Shown here: positions 1 to 13,625 of the stretch, in pieces
Layout: every line of letters begins with the position of its first letter
Numbering within the stretch: the first letter of the stretch is position 1
Assembly: GCA_964016885.1 (NCBI GenBank)
Contig: OZ024742.1
Span: 140,368,001 to 140,432,000, forward strand
Direction: 5' to 3'
DNA length: 64,000 nt
Origin: Eledone cirrhosa
Taxonomy: Eukaryota
Translations under genes and position numbers: made by a program
Notes under the pieces: generated by a model
The model's input: only the letters and a program-made list of their open reading frames with translations
What the model was told of the DNA's origin: nothing
The model's database searches: none

Positions 1-374
1 CATATATGTACATATATGCGTGTGGCGGTATATATCTATACTTTATCGAAACTTACCCTTAATTTACACATTTTTCTAATTTAAACTTTTTCAATTTATA
101 CTTTTTTCTTAAGGTACTTAGTACATAATCTATTTTTCATGATTCAGATTTCTGTTGTGGTAACAGAAGTCTGATGAACTTTTGATTCCAGAGTCAGGCC
201 CAATCGATACAGATCGAATCTTGAGCTGATTAATCGTGAAACGCCCGTCACACCTGAATATACATAAATGAAAATTTGACACCTCGTTCATACTTATTAT
301 TATTATTACACTCTCCTTAAAACAACCCCAAAGTGCATACTGGAGAGTACGCATCATTACAATTCCATAAACTA

Positions 375-494
375 TATATATATATGTGTGTGTGTATATA
401 TGCATAATTATATATGTATATTTATATATATATATGTATATTTATATATATATATGTATATTTATATATATATATGTCTATATATATATATATA

Positions 495-568
<74 letters not shown>
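375..568. repeat. (TA)n microsatellite
   Basis: Direct reading; similar runs at 1157-1313, 5986-6058, 18845-18903. Confidence 0.95.
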
Positions 569-572
<4 letters not shown>

Positions 573-582
573 CATGGCTTAA

Positions 583-928
583 TACATGGCTTAGTGGTTA
601 GAGCATTGACTTTGCAATCGAAAGATTGTGAGTTCAATTCTCGGACCGGGTGATGTGTTGTTTCCTTGAGCAAGACACTTTGCTCCAGTTTACTCAGCTG
701 TAGAAATGAGATGATAGGACTGGGGTCCCTATCATTCCACTGCAAAGTGGACGTGGAGGTGCCATGGCAAAAAAGCACCCATCCCACACTGTAAAGTGGA
801 CGTGTAGGCGCTACGGAAAAAAGCTGAGGTTGGTGTTAGGAAGGGCATCCAGCTGTAGAAATCAAGCCAGAATCAGTTCCCGTCCCACCCTTGCAAGCAG
901 GGAAAAGCGGACGTAAAATGATGATGAT
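583..928 (+). mobile_element. tRNA-CORE SINE with RTE-derived 3' end
   Basis: A box TGGCTTAGTGG and B box GAGTTCAATTC; CORE-like TCCTTGAGCAAGACACTT..CTCAGCTGTAGAAATGAG; 3' CCCGTCCCACCCTTGCAAGCAGGGAAAAGCGGACGTAAAATG(ATG)n matches the RTE ends at 39739-39790 and 63330-63380; sits in (TA)n. Confidence 0.9.
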
Positions 929-1145
929 ATATATATATACTTTCAGACATATATATATAAAGACACAGATGTGGGTACAATCAAAAGAAAATGGGAACCA
1001 ACACAATGTAAAAGGTTGGAATACTTATATTAACAGTTTGGCTTATTTATGCATTACCAGTAATTTTATATATGTAAACACATCCCAATCCTTAAGTTGC
1101 TTGTAAAAAGAACCCATTCCTAATCCATACCTAGGTCAGACTGTA

Positions 1146-1653
<508 letters not shown>

Positions 1654-2522
1654 ATATATTAGTAAAAAAAAAAGAAAATGCTGACAAATTTTTCCCAGTG
1701 AAAAATAGTTTAATTAGGAATAAGTATAAATTAGTAATAAGTATTAGTTAGTATTCAGTTTTAGTTTTAAGTTTTTACCGGTTACGCATTTCTTATGCTT
1801 TTCAAAAATAATTTTGAGATAGAGTGCTCGTGAATTTTGCTCTAATCTGTATGTATATATATACATGTATATATTTATTGATATGAAGTTATACTAGTGA
1901 CTTGAGTCACTGTTATAGCTTAGCTGCTATAATCAAATATATATTTGGCATCCCTTTCATAATTTGAGTTTTGTTTCTCGCGTTTATATGATCAGTTGGA
2001 AAGCGAATTCCTTAAACAAGCAGACATACCTGTGCATATTTACTACAATAAAAACTGAAAAACCCTTATTTTATTGGTTGTTTTTGTTATTATTGCTGTC
2101 TCTTGATTGCACATACAAAAACAGATATATTTAATCAATGAAAATAAAGTAAATTTGGTATTTTATCTTGAATTAACATTTCACTATGATTTGATTTGAT
2201 TTTCAAAATTCTTTTAATTTTCTCTCTCTCTCTTTCTCTCATGTTTCATAACATCTGTTGTCGCACTGTGATATAAATGGATTTCATTTAGATTCTATTA
2301 TTAATGTTCTTTGCAATTTGAAGTAAAATAATTTAACATAATTGTATTTGTTTAAGAAACAAATATAATTATATATGCCATGTGTATCTCAGTTTTTAGA
2401 ATAGGTACACTGTATCCCAGTGTATTGTAAAAGGTGACTGAAAGAGTAGGCATTAGGAAGGGTATCCTACTATGAAGCACTGCCTCAAACCCATGTCAGG
2501 TTAGAGGAGTAAATGTGTAATG

Positions 2523-2665
2523 ATAATTGTTTCTACTTTTAGCATAAGGCCAGCAATTATCTCAGTGTATTACTGGTATTTTATTTTATCGACCCCGTAA
2601 GGATGAAAGGCAAAGTTAATCTCGGTGGAATTTGAACTCAGACCGTAAAGGGCCGTAACTCTACA
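2523..2665 (-). mobile_element. SINE family 2, 5'-truncated
   Basis: Reverse complement of the 3203-3398 body and tail. Confidence 0.8.
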
Positions 2666-3202
2666 TTGCATCAATCCAATGAAGGAAACTCTCAGTGATT
2701 GGTTGACTTGCTGAAAATATTAAAACTGCTCTCAAAACACATCTAAAAAAAAAAAAAAAAAAAAAGAAATAACACAGCATATAATTTAATCTAGAATACA
2801 TTGTCTGAAAATAAAATGTGTTGGTCATGACTGAAAACCATTGATCATATGCCTGACATGGAGCTAAACAACAATAACATTATGAACAATTCCAAATTCA
2901 AAGGATCTCCTTTATTAACCATTTCTTTACTATCATAATATAATAAAGGGAGGAGTGCAGGACTGTCTCCTGAATATTTTTTTTTTATCCTGTTAGTAAA
3001 ATAAGTTGGATTACTTTGAATAAATAATGAATTAATATTACGTAGCTGTTGATTAAACATAAATATTCTTATATATAATGATTGCTTATTTTAAGATTCA
3101 CTTCTTTTAAAATTTTCAAATGTCAATACTTCCGGTTATGATATAATGGACGCTATATCATATCGCTTATATAAACGTTCATATATTAGCATCATTATAT
3201 TA

Positions 3203-3398
3203 AGGCAGCGAATTGACAGTATCGGTAGAGGGTCTGATGCCATGCTTTGCAGCAAAGAGTTACGGCCCTTTATGGTCTGAGTTCAAATCCCGCTAAGGTT
3301 AACTTTGCCTTTCATCCTGATGGGGTCGATAAAATAAAGTACCAGTAATGTACTGGTGAAATTGCTGGCCTTATGCCAAAAGTAGAAACAATTATATT
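3203..3398 (+). mobile_element. tRNA-headed SINE family 2 (Meta/MESC-like central domain, ATT tail)
   Basis: A box-like TTGACAGTATCGG, B box GAGTTCAAATCC, body GCCTTTCATCC..GGGGTCGATAAAATAAAGTACCAG, end AGTAGAAACAATTAT. Domain name is recalled from memory and unverified. About 30 copies in the window. Confidence 0.85.
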
Positions 3399-3643
3399 AT
3401 AACGTTTATATTTCTGTTGCTAATTTTCTCCCTTTTCGTTTTCATTACATTTCACTGTAAGGCAGTTTCTATATAATATTGTCTTTTTTAAATGTATCAT
3501 GAATTATTTTACTGATTACAGAAGAGAGTGTAACACAGTCTCGCTTCAATTTCTGTGCATATTGTCAATTACAATTTTATTTGACGTGTGATATCTACAT
3601 GCATATATATTTGCATATAATATCAATATGCACACTACACAAG

Positions 3644-3681
3644 CTAGCAGAAAACCACCCGAAGGGTGGTTTTTCTGCTAG
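3644..3681. repeat. Short hairpin ending in CTAG, Helitron-end-like
   Basis: CTAGCAGAAAACCACCC-GAA-GGGTGGTTTTTCTGCTAG followed by T. Confidence 0.5.
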
Positions 3682-4195
3682 TATTTCTAATGAAAGACAC
3701 TGCTTATGATTTCTAATTAATTTTGAAAATAATCAAGAATTTGAAGAAACTTGGTAATATAACTTTCTTATTAGTAAGCTGGAACATAACCTAGCAAAGC
3801 CTCTTACATAACCTTATAATGGTTTCTAATTTAAGGACAAAGCTAGTAATTCTGGAGGAGAGAAAAGTTTATTATATTGATCCCAGTACATGACTGGTAC
3901 TTTATTTTATCAGCCCTAGAAGTATGAAAAGCAAAGTTGATCTTGGTTGGATTTGATCTCAAAACATAAAGAACTGGAACAAATATTGCAATGGATTTGT
4001 TTGATGCCTTAACAACTGTCAATCCCAATTTTATAATGAAAAGTTTCATATAAACACATTAAAACAAAGTTTTATATTGTAAAACCAGGAGCAGTTTCAA
4101 GCAGTTTGGTATCAAAAGAGTTAAGTTTGTCTTCCTGAAATTACATAAAGCCATCAAAACCATTTGATAAAGTATAATCTAAAAAAAGATTTCAT

Positions 4196-4251
<56 letters not shown>

Positions 4252-4269
4252 CTAACTGTGCAATTTCGA

Positions 4270-4550
4270 TCAAAAATCTTGAACTCACTGTGAATTGTAA
4301 GATGTGGATGAAAGTTGTCTAAGATGGTGTGCAACAGTTTGAAGCTGACAACTAGATGATTGCATGGCAGTCTGTTACCATTGCTAAATTGTATCACCTA
4401 AGAGTAACAATGTGTTTCTTCATCCATATTCAGCTTGTACCTCCCTCCCAGGATCTGTGTATCACATATTGAACTTATATTGTATCTGCATGTTCATCAC
4501 AATCATGGTCAAGATATCTATTGGAAAAGGGTAATATCACCAACGAATCG
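4270..4550 (-). pseudogene. Possible decayed Penelope-like RT fragment
   Basis: Minus strand gives RFVGDITLF (RYVDD-like) and ILDNFHPHL/QFTV (cf. LNxFHPxLKFTxE) with frameshifts. Confidence 0.3.
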
Positions 4551-5069
4551 ATGAACAGCCAGTCAGTGTGTGTGTTTGTAGTTGATCAATACTTATGTCT
4601 TTCAAGTCTGGTTTATGTTCAATAATATATGTTTATTATCCATAAACATATTGTGTATGCTTTCTGTTATGAAACATACTGTTAGTGCCACTGCTAATTA
4701 ATCTTAGGTTGTCAAGTTCGCACTATATGCAAATGAGTATCTCCAGTTGGTTTCATGAGCAAAAAAACATATAAGCTTTAGTTTATTCCTGTCTCAGTAG
4801 CAAGTGAGTAAATGTCGTTGATGACAAATAAAATCCAGAAACACAGGTCTAACATTCTTACACGGTTACAGAGATAGCTGTGACGTGATCATAGCTTAAA
4901 ACATTCAAACCAGGACTCTTGTATATTTATTATATATATATATTGTGTATGTCATCATACATACTTCTATTATATATATACTTATATATATGTCATCATC
5001 ATCATCACCATCATCGTTTAACGTCCATTTTCCACGCTAGCATGAGTGTGTATTTATGTATACATGCAA

Positions 5070-5225
5070 TGGTCTTCTGCAGTCTCCATCTACCAAATTT
5101 CACTCATATGGTTTTGATCAACATAAGGCTATAGTAGAAGACATGTGCCCAAGATGCCATGCAGTGAGTGTGAACACAATACCATGTGGTTGTGAGGCCA
5201 ACTCCTTAACCACACAGTCATCTCT
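5070..5225 (-). mobile_element. Older tRNA-CORE-type SINE family 3
   Basis: Related copies at 7808-7975(+), 18905-19060(-), 46860-46995(+); shared AAATTTGGTAGAYRGA and CTTGRGCAAGTGTC motifs. Confidence 0.65.
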
Positions 5226-5568
5226 GTACCTATTTGTTTTATATATTTACTGTTTCTTTGCACACATTCTCTCTTGGTTGTGCCTACAGCAGTCAGCATT
5301 TATATATTTTATATATTTCAATATATTAGTTGATGGAACTCTTTTCCAAATACCAAACTTGCAAATGTCATTATTCAAGTATCAGCTTTTACACAACCTC
5401 TGTTTTTGCTCTTTGTTTAGAGAACTACTCCCCCTCCCATCATCCTCTTCCCCACGTCTGCTCCTCCTCGTCTCCCTTCCCCATTACAAATTGATACATC
5501 ATCATCATCATCCTTTGCTTATGACTCCACATTCAATCTTACTTCATTTAAAGAGAATTTAATCTCAT

Positions 5569-5821
5569 TTAACCCTTTTGATACCAAACCATGTATGCAA
5601 TGATCAGATATTAGCTCAAGATATGACTTGATTTTATAATTCAAAACTATTTATTTTTAAGTGCATAATGTCCCATCACAACTTTGTAAGAACCTTTGTT
5701 AAGTCATGTTCAAACACCAACTTAATAATGAGAAGGTTAAATATATTACTAAATCTCTTAAAATTATTTGAAAATACATAGGCAGTATTTTTCACTAGAA
5801 ATTTAGTTATGAAAGGGTTAA
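5569..5821. mobile_element. piggyBac-type MITE (TTAA TSD, CCCTTT termini)
   Basis: TTAA-CCCTTT...AAAGGG-TTAA; related copies at 56071-56329, 29115-29355, 30407-30635, 32130-32380, 32960-33600, 56739-56926. Confidence 0.75.
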
Positions 5822-5981
5822 TGATTCTTTAAAATAAGCCAAATTTTCTTTGGAAGGATAATTCTATGTTTTAGACAATTTTTCTGTGGCCAGATATGTT
5901 TCCTGATGTCAACCCATACCTTATTTCACATTTTAGATATGAAGATGCCTGTGATAAATTCACATACATGTGTATGTGTGA

Positions 5982-6064
<83 letters not shown>

Positions 6065-6277
6065 TAAAAAAATAATGAATAAAACAATGAAACAGTTCCT
6101 TATATTAAACAAAAAAAGTTCATTATTTAACGATCGTTTCTAAACTCTTGGTAGTTTTATCTACATATATATATATATATATATATATATGATTATGGGT
6201 AAATTCTTGATGGGTATCGAGAGGTGATCACTGTTAAAAAAGGAAACCAATATGTTAATAGAGTGTAAGCATTTTAA

Positions 6278-6410
6278 TTTTATATAAAAATGACTTCTAC
6301 AGGATAGAACAGTTTCATTCATATGAAATCATCAGGAAAGTCCATGACTTTCTTAATGATTTCATACGAATGAAACAATTTTAGTGCTGTAGAAGTAATT
6401 CTATATAAAA
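6278..6410. repeat. Imperfect fold-back inverted repeat with decayed hammerhead core
   Basis: Arms symmetric about ~6344; minus strand reads CTGATGA-TTTCATATGAAT-GAAAC. Confidence 0.8.
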
Positions 6411-6419
6411 AAAAAAAGA

Positions 6420-6477
<58 letters not shown>

Positions 6478-6480
<3 letters not shown>

Positions 6481-6745
6481 TCATCAGCGTTTTATGTCCG
6501 TTCTTCCACGCTAGCATGGGTTAGACGGATTGTCCTGTTGTGGACAGTTCCAGTTGGCTTACCTTGTCTTGCTCATACAGGAACTGATTCTGGCTTGATT
6601 TCTACAGCTGGATGCCCTTCCTAACACCAACCTCATTTACAGTGAGTGCTGGGTACTTTTTTTCTGTGGCACCTACACATCCACTTTACAGTGTGGGCTG
6701 GGTGCTTTTTTGCCGTGGCACCTCTACGACCACTTTGCAGTGGGA
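6478..6745 (-). mobile_element. 5'-truncated CORE/RTE-tail SINE variant
   Basis: Shares GATTTCTACAGCTGGATGCCCTTCCTAACACCAACC and the ~44-bp internal units with 47221-47596. Confidence 0.75.
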
Positions 6746-6764
6746 GGGGCGGGGGGAATATTGT

Positions 6765-7022
6765 GTATATGCTTCAGCTTGTTCCCGTGGGAAGTCGGGT
6801 CTTCTGTATTACTGCATGACGCCAGAGGTCACGGTCGTGTATCATCGCCCTTGAGAAGTGCAATTGGGTATGGTCAACTTTTATCACCTCATCCCAGGTC
6901 TTCTTGGGTCCCCCCACTCCGCGGCTTCCATCGACTTCTAGTGCTCTGCACCTTTTTATGCAGCTGTCATCCTTCATACGCATCACATGTCCATACCAAA
7001 GCAACCTCCTCTCCTGCACACA
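6765..7022 (-). mobile_element. RTE-clade LINE 3' fragment
   Basis: QERRLLWYGHVMRM..GGPKKTW: the RTE C-terminal RLRWxGHVxRM / GRPxKTW motif. Confidence 0.85.
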
Positions 7023-7027
7023 GTATT

Positions 7028-7070
<43 letters not shown>

Positions 7071-8679
7071 GATGTTTTGTATCCTACTTTTTAGATCCCT
7101 GGATGTTGTAAAAGATGACTGAATGGGTTGGTGCCATGAAGGGTATTCAGCCATAAAACACTGCCTCAAAAAGTGTTATATATACTATACTAGCATAAAA
7201 AAAAATCAACGTTGTTGTTGTTATGAAGAAGATGGCAATGGTGGTGGTGGATGGCGTATGATGGAAGAGGAGGCTGTGTTGTAGGCTTCAAATCAGATTT
7301 TATTTCCTTGAAATGTCTTTAACAAATTGTATCAAAAGAATAGACTTTCAACAGCAGAACACTAATCTATTTTTACCTGTTTTACTTTTAATTAGAATCT
7401 ATTGCTCCACAACATTCACAAATCAATAATGTACATATACTTTTCAAACTGCCCCATCCCTGTCGCTTAGTTTTACAGTTTCTTTGTTGCTCAATACATT
7501 TGATCATAAGAATATGAACAACAATAATAGCAACAGAGCCTATTAGTTAAATAACAATAGCAGATACCTAGACATGATTAGCATATCTATCCAGATGCAT
7601 TTGTATGTTATGTCTATATGCAGAAATTGCATGAATATTTCTGTAGTTAAATGTATTTATTACAAGTACAAACTTACACACATACACACGCATGCTGTAC
7701 ATTCTCTTAGACTCTCTCTTTGCTTTTTTCTCCTGCTCTTTTTTATACATACGACTATGCATATTTGTGTATATAATATAGTATATACACAAATATATAT
7801 AATATAGCCATGGATGCATCATGACCAAATGATTAAAAGGTTTGCTTCCCAATCACTAGGTCCTAGGTTCGCTCCCATTCATGTCATCTTGAGCAAGTGT
7901 CATTCACTGTAGTTTCAGGTCAGCCCAAAAGTTGAGAGTAAAATTGGGTAGACAGAAACTGTTCAGAAGCCTGTCAAGATGACAGTAGATGTAATTCAAA
8001 GGGCTAGCCTTAACACACACTGTATAAACTGTGTCAGGCTGAATCTCCCAAAGAATTATGTTAAGGGTATATATATCTGTAGAATGCTTAGCCACTCGCA
8101 TATTAATTTCATGATCAGGCCGTTACATTGATAGAACTAGAACACACATTGAAGAAACTGACGGTAATCCATCATTGTCATCATCATAATATAGTAATAG
8201 TTGGAAAGCAAATAGTTATGAATTTGATTCTCAACATTGTGTTGTGTCCTTCAGCAAGACACTTTATTTTACATTGCTCTAGTCCATTTAACTGACAAAA
8301 ATGAGCTGTACCTATAATTCAAAGTGCCAGCCTTGTCATACACTGCCATATTAATCTCTGCAAACTATGTTTAGGATGCATTTGTCTATGGAATCCTCAG
8401 GCACTTGCATGTTAATTTCACAAACAGGCTGTCCTATTGTTTAAACAACTGGAACACTCATCATCAGAACCAACAGAAGTCCAACAATAGTAGTAGTTGT
8501 AGCAAAATACTCTTGGAAGAGCTAGACAGCGAGTGTTTGGCCTTTAATTTCTTATACTCTAAGGGGCCACATCCAGGTCATGACTTATGGGTACTCTTTT
8601 GCTGACATCTTCTAGCTATTTAGCATATGGAGTTTTGTTGTATGTAGGGCAATTAATCTTTATGAAGGTCACTGCTGTT

Positions 8680-8902
8680 CCTCATTGATCTACTATTGCC
8701 TTTAGAGCTTTAGTCCTCTTGTACCCTGAAATTTCATGAGATTATAGGCAGAGGCAACTACAAACCTTCTTGTTGCAACCTCTATGATAAGAACTTCATC
8801 TTGGAAGTTGGCTTCCCCCAGGTTTCTAGCTAGACTGGTATATTTTTCAGTCTTATAAGCATGGGTTTCTTCCATTCTACTTTCAAATGTCATAGTATAC
8901 AA
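8680..8902 (-). mobile_element. REL-endonuclease LINE fragment (Hero/NeSL-like)
   Basis: FESRMEETHAYKTEKYTSL..IIEVATRRFV resembles the PWExxMEEAHxRKxxKY..IEVGxRGF REL C-terminus. Confidence 0.55.
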
Positions 8903-9264
8903 TGGTACACGTGTCTGAGGAACACTTATTCACTTACACATTAATTCACAAGTCAAATGCTCAGTTGATCAAACAACAATGCTTTAATTTTACAAATCCA
9001 CTGGACTGGTATTTTATTTTGTTGACCTTAAAAAGATGAAAAGCAAAGTTGATTTTGATAGAATTTGAATTCAGAGCATAGGGAACCAGAACAAATACTG
9101 TTAAGTTATTTTAGCTTATGCTCTAATGACTGTCAATTCTCCACATTGTAATACAGTGATTAGTTGTTCAATACCCTATTCACTAAGCCATTCTACGAGT
9201 ATTCATAATTATAATTCCCCAATATTCATAATTGTAACCAAGAACAAATCAAAATTTAACTCAT

Positions 9265-9450
9265 TACTTCAGCCACAAACCTAGAGGAGTGGAAGATATC
9301 CAAATACCAAGACTTGACTAATTGCTTCCACAAAATTGGGAGGAATATATCCCACCCAAGGAAGGAACCATGTGAGGCAGAATGAACAATGCAACAGCAG
9401 TTGCTAGCTGTGTTACATAGCAGTGCTTTCTCTATCGTGTTCATGGGGTA
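9265..9450 (+). mobile_element. CRE-like LINE 3' fragment with internal deletion
   Basis: NLEEWKISKYQDLTNCF/HKIGRNISHPRKEPCEAE aligns with NAEERKTNKYRGLSDCF..HKIRMSAAHLRKEPCKVE at 31260-31430. Confidence 0.6.
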
Positions 9451-10214
9451 CAACTGAAATATACTGCCTAGCCAGGGGTGTAGAATTTGCCCCACCCTTT
9501 CCATTCCCCATTTTTCATTATTTATTTTTTTCATTCTTCCTGTTTATTGTTTTATACTTATTTAAAAAAATATTTATACATTTTACTTTATATTTTATAG
9601 TTTTAAGAATTTGATTGAATTTTATTTATTTTTTTCATTTTACGTAATTTCACTTTTCAGCTGGCACAATGTTCATTTTAAAATTAATTTTCCATTTTTC
9701 TAAGCTGTTTTGTCACATTCTTTTTCATTTTTATTTAAATTCACTTTTCAGCTAGTACAATGTAGAACTGAAAATTAGTTTTCTATTTTTCAACTATATT
9801 AATATTTACTAATTTAATTTTATTTCCTTTCTGAGATGTGTTTGTTTCTGAAACAAATATAATTATATATGATGTATGTATCTCAGGTTTTAGAATAGGT
9901 ACACAAAATCCTAGTTGTAAAACCTGACTGAAAGAGTAGACCTTACGAAGGGCATCCTGCTATAAAATACTGTCTCAAAAATTACATCTCAGGATGGAAG
10001 AACACAAAATTTATTCCAATTTGAAATATTAACGATTTACTTTCTCAAATAATTTAACTCTAAAAATATCTAAAAACTGTTTTGCTAATTCAAATGTTTA
10101 TAGTATCTTTAGTTTGAGACAGATTTTTGTGAAAATTTGTAGTAAATTAATAACTTCAGATTTTAATGCAATGCAATCAGTGTTGTTTTATATGGTTCAA
10201 GAATGTCTTGTTAA

Positions 10215-10404
10215 TAATTGTTTCTACTTTTGGCACAAGGCCAGCAATTATCCCAGTGTATTACTAGTACTTTATTTTATCGACCCCGTAAGGATGAAAG
10301 GCAAAGTTAACCTCAGTGGGATTTGAACTCATACCATAAAGGGCTATAACTCTTTGCTGCAAAGCATGGCGTCCGACTCTCTACCGATACTGCCAATCCA
10401 CCGA
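10215..10404 (-). mobile_element. SINE family 2, full length with TSD
   Basis: Flanked by direct repeat CTTGTTAATAAT. Confidence 0.85.
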
Positions 10405-11812
10405 CCTTGTTAATAATGTAGTTTCATGTGGTACATGGCATTAAAAGTTAAGAAACAAATAAACCTTCTATATGACATGCGTATCCTAGTTTTTACAATA
10501 AGTGTACTGTATACCCTAATTCTGTTCAAATTTTGCTGAGGTCAACTTTGCCTTTCATCTTTTCAGGGTTGCTATCATCATCATATCATTGTTTAACGTC
10601 CATTTTTCGACGCTTGCATGGGTTAGACTGGTTGTCACATTAAGAGACAAGTCAGGTCTGGAGACCAACATGCTCTTATAGATCTGTATTTTGGCTTATT
10701 TTCTTTGGCTAGATATCCTCCCTAACACTAACTGTATTACAGTGTGATCTGGATGGGTTTTTTTATCATGGCACTGAAAAAACCACCTCTCAGGGTGGAC
10801 TGGGTGCTTATTTTTTTGTAACCAGCACAACCACTTTACAGTGTGGACTGTGCTTTTTCTTGTAACACCAACATTACCACTTTACAGAAAGTACCAATTC
10901 AGGGCAGTGGAGTGATGGAATTTTAATGTGTTGGAAGAGATACTTTATAATATACCTGTTTCACCTCTGTGCATTCTGCATTCAAATCCTACCTCCAATC
11001 ACTGTAAAAATTCTGGTCCTTTGAGACTTGAAAGCACAGTGATAGGTTTGGGAATTACTTAAACCTTTCGTTACCATATTTCTAATGAAAGTTGCTGCCT
11101 CTGATTTTCAATTAATTTTCATCCTTTCAAGGTCGATAAGGAGTGTACCACTCAATACTAGTGGTGAATTCTCTGTGTCTTTCTCTCAAATTGGTTGTGT
11201 TTAGATCTGGAGAAGGATGGGTTATTTATGTGCCATTAGGAGTTCGGGGTCCATGAATGAATAAATCTTGATACTCTTGGTAGCTCAAGCAAACAAAAGA
11301 ACTCCTAAAAATGATATTGAAGCCAGTCAATAAAATCTTTTAATAGAAATAGTTTATATACTATAACTGTATAGAATTTTTCATACACAAGAAACTGAAA
11401 AAACTTTTCGAAAATTTATGTTTAGAATTCATGAAATACAATTAGACAAAAAAGATGTAGTGGTGAGAGGGTGAGAGCAATGCTATTTGCCAATGATCTC
11501 TTTCTCTTTCTTTGTGTGTGTGTGTGTGTGTTTGTGTATACACACACACACACACGCATATATATATAAAGATTTGGAGGGTGAGAAATATTGTTTAATA
11601 ATCACTTTCTAAATTCATATAGAACTTATTGGAAACAATTTCTTTTATCAATTTTAAAACAGTTTCCTTTTCTCATGTAAAAATGTAATTTTCACTTTCA
11701 AAATAATCCAGTTGATAATTAAATAAGATTTCTTTTCTAAATATTGTTTTCTTGTTGTCTAAACAGTGGTATGAACTAGCTGGTAGCGATGTAGTCAGCG
11801 CTGGTGCTATCA

Positions 11813-11995
11813 ATAATTGTTTCTACTTTTGGAACAAGGCCAGCAATTTTCCCAGTGCATTACTGGCGCTTTATTTTATCGACCCCATAAGGATGAAAGG
11901 CAAAATTAACCTCAGTAGGATTTGAACACAGAACGCAACGGGCTATAACTCTATGCTGCAAAGAATGGTGTCTGACGCTCTACTGATACTGCCAA
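11813..11995 (-). mobile_element. SINE family 2
   Basis: Near-complete reverse copy. Confidence 0.8.
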
Positions 11996-12557
11996 TAATG
12001 CCAACAAGGCATCTGCTTAGGGAGCAGGCCTCAGATAGACACATTACTGAACCTTAAAGGATCACAGTTTTATACAAATGTATATAATTAAATTAAATAT
12101 ATAATAATTTCCTGTGATCAATAAATATATGGCTAAACATGTTTGCCATATAGCATCATGGTGGAGAGGGTCATATCGTGTTATGGCCTGTCACATGATT
12201 TGACAGAGGTGACTGTGAACTGTTTTGGAAAGTGCAGATTTAGTAATTCTCTTAGTGTGGTCAGAGCAAAATGTGTCCAAAACTCGGTCCATCAGCTTAC
12301 CAAATTGTAAGTTGAAATTATTTTATTTGTGAGAAGGGAGTGCACATAAATAACCAAGCACCAACTCTGGACATAGCTACTAATCCTTAGCTGTACTACT
12401 GCAGTATACATACCACACACGAATGCACACACACACACACATACCGATTGTACACACTGCCATGTGTTATCCAAATAGTGGTATGGAGGTGGTCGCATAG
12501 CTACAAATCTTTAGCTGGTCTACTGCAGCATAGCAGAATATGTGTGTATGTATGTAT

Positions 12558-12625
<68 letters not shown>

Positions 12626-13184
12626 ATACACTCTGCTATGCAACAACACACTGCTGGAAATATATTATTGATTGACTCTGCAGTGTCTATTTTTGGTTAT
12701 GTGCCAGAGACTCATTCATTAAGTATGTTTTTCCTGGTTGCATAGATGACTTAACAACAAGAGGAGCGGGATGAGTAAGGAGAATAGAGGAGTATGAGGA
12801 ATGGGCGAATAACAAAAAAGAGATGTTACTGTGTGTGTGTGTGTGTTGATGTGGTGATTATTTTTAGTTGTTAATTCACTATTACAATCCAGCAGTAACC
12901 TGTTTTTAGAGCAAAACAATTGTAATTTTGATACAATTGTAGTAAATTTATTTTATTATTATTTCTCTTCATTTATTTATTTATTTAATTTTCAATTACT
13001 ACACAAAAGGGGTTTGAATATTATTGAAGACATGTATTGGCACAGTAATTGCTTTTGATTAAGAAGCAGCAATCCTGTACATGATGATAATTTAAAAAGC
13101 CTAGATAGGTTGTTTGTTTGTTTTTGCATCATTGCAACAGAAGCATCCACCATCTGTATCATCATCATTAGCATTATCAAACAA

Positions 13185-13625
13185 AATAATAATAATGATT
13201 TCTTTGTTAGCCACACATTAGACTCACATCAAGAAAACATTAAGAACAACACTGGATGATACAGTGAGGGGTTTTGTATGTAAAAAAAAATTTAAACAAT
13301 GAAACATGTAAAAAAACAAATTCCCCAATAAGGGAGGAAACTTCCAAGAGTCACTCTGCTAGGGCAACTGCTCCCTCCCAGTTGTCCTCCTCCAATCTAC
13401 AGGTGCATACTCAGAGCAGGCCCATTGACTCAGGGTATGCTTGTCACTCTCACCTACTTTTCAACAAACTGATTGGCAGGTACCCCTTCCCTTTCCACCC
13501 TGATTTTCCTTTTTAAGTGAAACCTGAAAAAAATTAATCGAGGCTTCATTGAAAAGGAAAGTGCTTGTCTACAACCTTTCAAACTTGTTCACTGTACGAC
13601 CTCTTTCGCCATGGCCACCAGGTAG
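13185..13625 (-). mobile_element. L1/Tx1-clade LINE 3' fragment
   Basis: LVAMAKEVV..INFFRFHLKRKIRVERE homologous to 14860-15000; ends AAAGAAATC(ATT)n. Confidence 0.7.

Noticed and set aside
168-205. CTGATGA plus stem as a hammerhead
   Set aside because: No GAAA after the stem and no stem III or UH
583-650. tRNA genes at SINE heads
   Set aside because: A and B boxes are present but there is no clean cloverleaf, and each continues into a SINE body
12684-12722. 39-nt AG..GT micro-exon (SIFGYVPETHSL)
   Set aside because: Weak polypyrimidine tract and no recognisable homology; such matches are expected by chance in 64 kb
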